A stretch of DNA of 64,000 bases from Heteronotia binoei. Its lineage: Eukaryota. The notes beneath the pieces were generated by a model. It worked only from the letters and a program-made list of their open reading frames with translations. It was not told where the DNA came from and searched no databases. Position numbers and translations under genes: made by a program. The number at the start of each line of letters is the position of its first letter. Positions within the stretch are counted from its first letter, which is position 1. This document shows positions 61,031 to 64,000 of this stretch, piece after piece. Location of the stretch: contig NC_083226.1 in assembly GCF_032191835.1 (NCBI RefSeq), positions 103,664,001 through 103,728,000 of the forward strand, given 5' to 3'.

Positions 61031-61789
61031 GTTTCTTATTGATTTTATCTCCTATGTTTAACTTTTTATATTCTGTGTACTCTTATTTGCAATTGTTATG
61101 CCATTAAAGGTTTGGATTTTTTTTTAAACTTTCAAGCACTCCCCCCTCCCCCATCTGTAAGTTAAAATCATAGGGTTTGAGGTGGGGATTGCTAGAGTGT
61201 CATGATAGGGTATGGTATCATTTCCAGTTATGCATTGCTGTGGTGGCACTCTCCCCCCCCCCTAATTTCTCCTGCTGCTGCACTGAGCAGCAGTGGAGGC
61301 AGGGGTCACAAGGTCTCCTACTGATCCCCCACCAGATCTAGAATGTCTACTGGGTCTCCCAGTGGTGAGTGCAGGTTCTTGACACACAAGGAACTGGAGG
61401 TGCTGGGTCTCCCAATCACAAGGTCTCAACTACAGGCTCAGAGTATGGTCTTTCAGGACTATTAAAGAAATGCTGTGGTGCTGGGTTTTCCCAAGCCCAC
61501 CCCCCACCAGATCCACCTCAGAGAATGTTCCTGTTTCTTCCTCCAACTCATCTGTTTGTGCCTCTGAGGCTGCTTAACAGAGGTCATGACACCCCTGAAT
61601 TATACAGTGGAGAAATTTTTTGAAATAATTTTTTTTTAAAATTAGATTATAAAATGTTAGGTGGGTGTATGGGGAAGGTGATTGTGTCTCTTATTACCAA
61701 TAAAATCATGGTGTTGGTGCCTCTGCCCCTTGCATAGATTCATTCTCCAAATCAGGGCAGATCATTTATCTCGTATTATCTATATGAAA

Positions 61790-62190
61790 ATTTGCTAAGG
61801 GGGGACATGATAGAGCTTGATGAAATTATGCACAAGATGGAGAGTGCTGACAAAGAGAATTTTTCCTCCTCCCAAAATTGTAGAACTTGGCATCCAATGT
61901 GGCTGATGAGCATTAGATTCAGGATGGAAATACTTGACACCATGAGTAATTAAAATGAGGAACTCACTGCCAGAGGATGTAGCGATGGCCACTGGAATAG
62001 ATCTATCAGTGGCTCCAAGCCATGGTGATCAAAGGGAACTTCCATGTTCAGAGATAGTAAACCTCTGAATACCAGAGCCAGGAGGCAACAGCAGGGGAAG
62101 GCCTTGGCCTCTATGCCCTATGGTTGGGCCTCCAAAGGAACTGGTTGGCTACTGTGAAACAGGATGCTGGACTAGATAGACCTTTGGTCT
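61790..62190 (+). mobile_element. CR1 3' end
   Basis: Homologous to 1150-1430 and 25250-25560. Confidence 0.78.
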
Positions 62191-64000
62191 TTACTTATGT
62201 TCTTATCAAACATGGAGTTTCTCTCATTACATGAAGTTCCACCATCACAATAGTGATCAGTGCATTACCTGAGGAAAGTAGTGCTTTGCAGATGCCAAAG
62301 TGAACAATGTCTTATCTTTACAACATAAATGTAACCTTGTAGGAAGATAAAAGGATTATGCAAACATGTAGGAAAGAAGCAGATGTATATCAACTGCATA
62401 GTGAGTTGCTTTGTGTGGAAATAATGTTAGATTTCAGGGTCATTTTTCATCGTCTGTTGCAGAGAACAGAAACAGACCTGGGAATTGCTCACTAGACACA
62501 AAGCTCCATACTAAAAAAGCAACTGTGTCCAGCATGTTAGTCACTGACTTGGAATGTCAGCAACTCTGGTTAGCTGCCAAGCTTGAATTCCTGATGAATA
62601 CAGCACTATGTAGCTGCCCGTGCTTTTCTCAGGAAAAAATATAGTTTAATTTAAGCATGTACTTATGCGGGAAGATTGCAGTATACTATCTGAGCCATGT
62701 TTTGGTATTCCACTATGGGAAGAATTTTTAAATATATTTTTAAAAATGTTCTTCACTTGTGGGTTGTCCACAAAATTGTGGGAAGGTATATGAAAATGTA
62801 GCCAAAGTTAGACACATTCTTTGCAAGCTGGTTTTGGCCCACCTTTCCTCTCCTGTTTTTACTGCCTCATCTGCATCTTTCCATGGACCACAGGCTGATA
62901 AAAATGCAGATGATGGGGTAAAGAATTGGATGGGAGGACATATCAAACACTTCTGAACCTGCTGTTTCTCCTATGCAAATCACTCTCCCATAACACTGTA
63001 TAGAGAATTGGCAACTGTGGTTTCCATAATGAAGGTGGTTGCAGTACGTTCCTCTTACTGAAACCAGTGGAACTTGAAATTAGTCAAGTTTAGCCAATCT
63101 TACCCTGAATGATAACCATTCCATATAGAAGCATAATATATGTTTGTTTGTAAAGGCATTCCCAGTTGCACAATTGTGATCAAGGTCAGGTTTCAGTGTT
63201 CCAAGGCTTTTTTCATCCATCCTTGAAACATACATTATTCATAGCCATGCAAAAGCAGGAAAGATCTTCTTGGCATTCCCATCCCTTGGTATGTTAGTAG
63301 AGGTGCCAGTTAAAAACAAACTCCACTTGTGGAAATCAACTTTTATTGAAACAACACTGTAATACAGTTGTTCTAAAAATTCCAGCTATGGTTTGAAAAC
63401 CATTGTATGTTCCTTGTGATTTACATGCAACACCTGAAACATTTACACATGATATACCACAGCTTTGCTGTAATCCACCGCGCCGTGAGAAGTCCCATCA
63501 ACACCTTAATGTAGTATGCCTCCCTCTCGTCTTCCTTTGTAGGATATTGGACATCACACTGCATCTTAATCCTCTTCTTAGGTTCCCGTTGCCTTGCCCA
63601 TCTGTTGTTTTGGCATCTACAGTGCCATCTATGTGGATGTGTAACCCAGTGTCAATAGGGATTCTGTTTTTGTTTTGTTTTGTTTTTTAAAAAGGGGGAC
63701 ATATGGCATTCCTGGGACAGAGAAATGGATCTCTGGGAGAAGTGAGGGAATTTCTGCGCTTTTCTATTAAGTACCTGTTACTGGAACTGACATATCATCT
63801 TGCAAGTGGGAAGAATAGTGGTTCTTTGACAGATGGGCATGCTGTAAATAGCCAAGGTTATTACTCCAATGTGCAGGTGGGGGAGTATGGTTCCCAGGAA
63901 GAAATGCAACAGCTGCTGCTATTAGGAGGTCTTTTCCAAGCACATGCAAGCTTTAAGATTTGAAAAATATTATCTTTTGTGCAAGGCTACTTAAGTGCTT

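Overview
Vertebrate genomic DNA, most likely a gecko (inferred from the repeat families: Squam3-like CORE SINEs, a 5S-Sauria-like SINE, squamate CR1, L2, RTE and Penelope). The + strand carries the 3' half of EPB41L4A: 10 coding exons from 2291 to the stop at 36422, all GT-AG and phase-consistent. Downstream and convergent on the - strand is a probable non-coding snoRNA host gene (EPB41L4A-AS1-like). It has a CpG-island TCT/5'TOP promoter at about 47550 and two intronic SNORA13-like H/ACA snoRNAs. The rest is transposon-derived. A DIRS tyrosine-recombinase retrotransposon (3066-8008) is inserted inside the hammerhead ribozyme motif of a fold-back Penelope derivative. There are also many hAT elements with 8-bp TSDs, a Tc1 fragment, a decayed Penelope RT/GIY-YIG element and LINE/SINE fragments. 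The most unusual feature is a Tc2/pogo-type TIR element (19936-22348) that carries two tandem, DNA-captured copies of POU4F2-like exon 1, including its splice donor and the intron start. Family and gene assignments rest on motif recognition and recalled reference sequences; no database searches were run.
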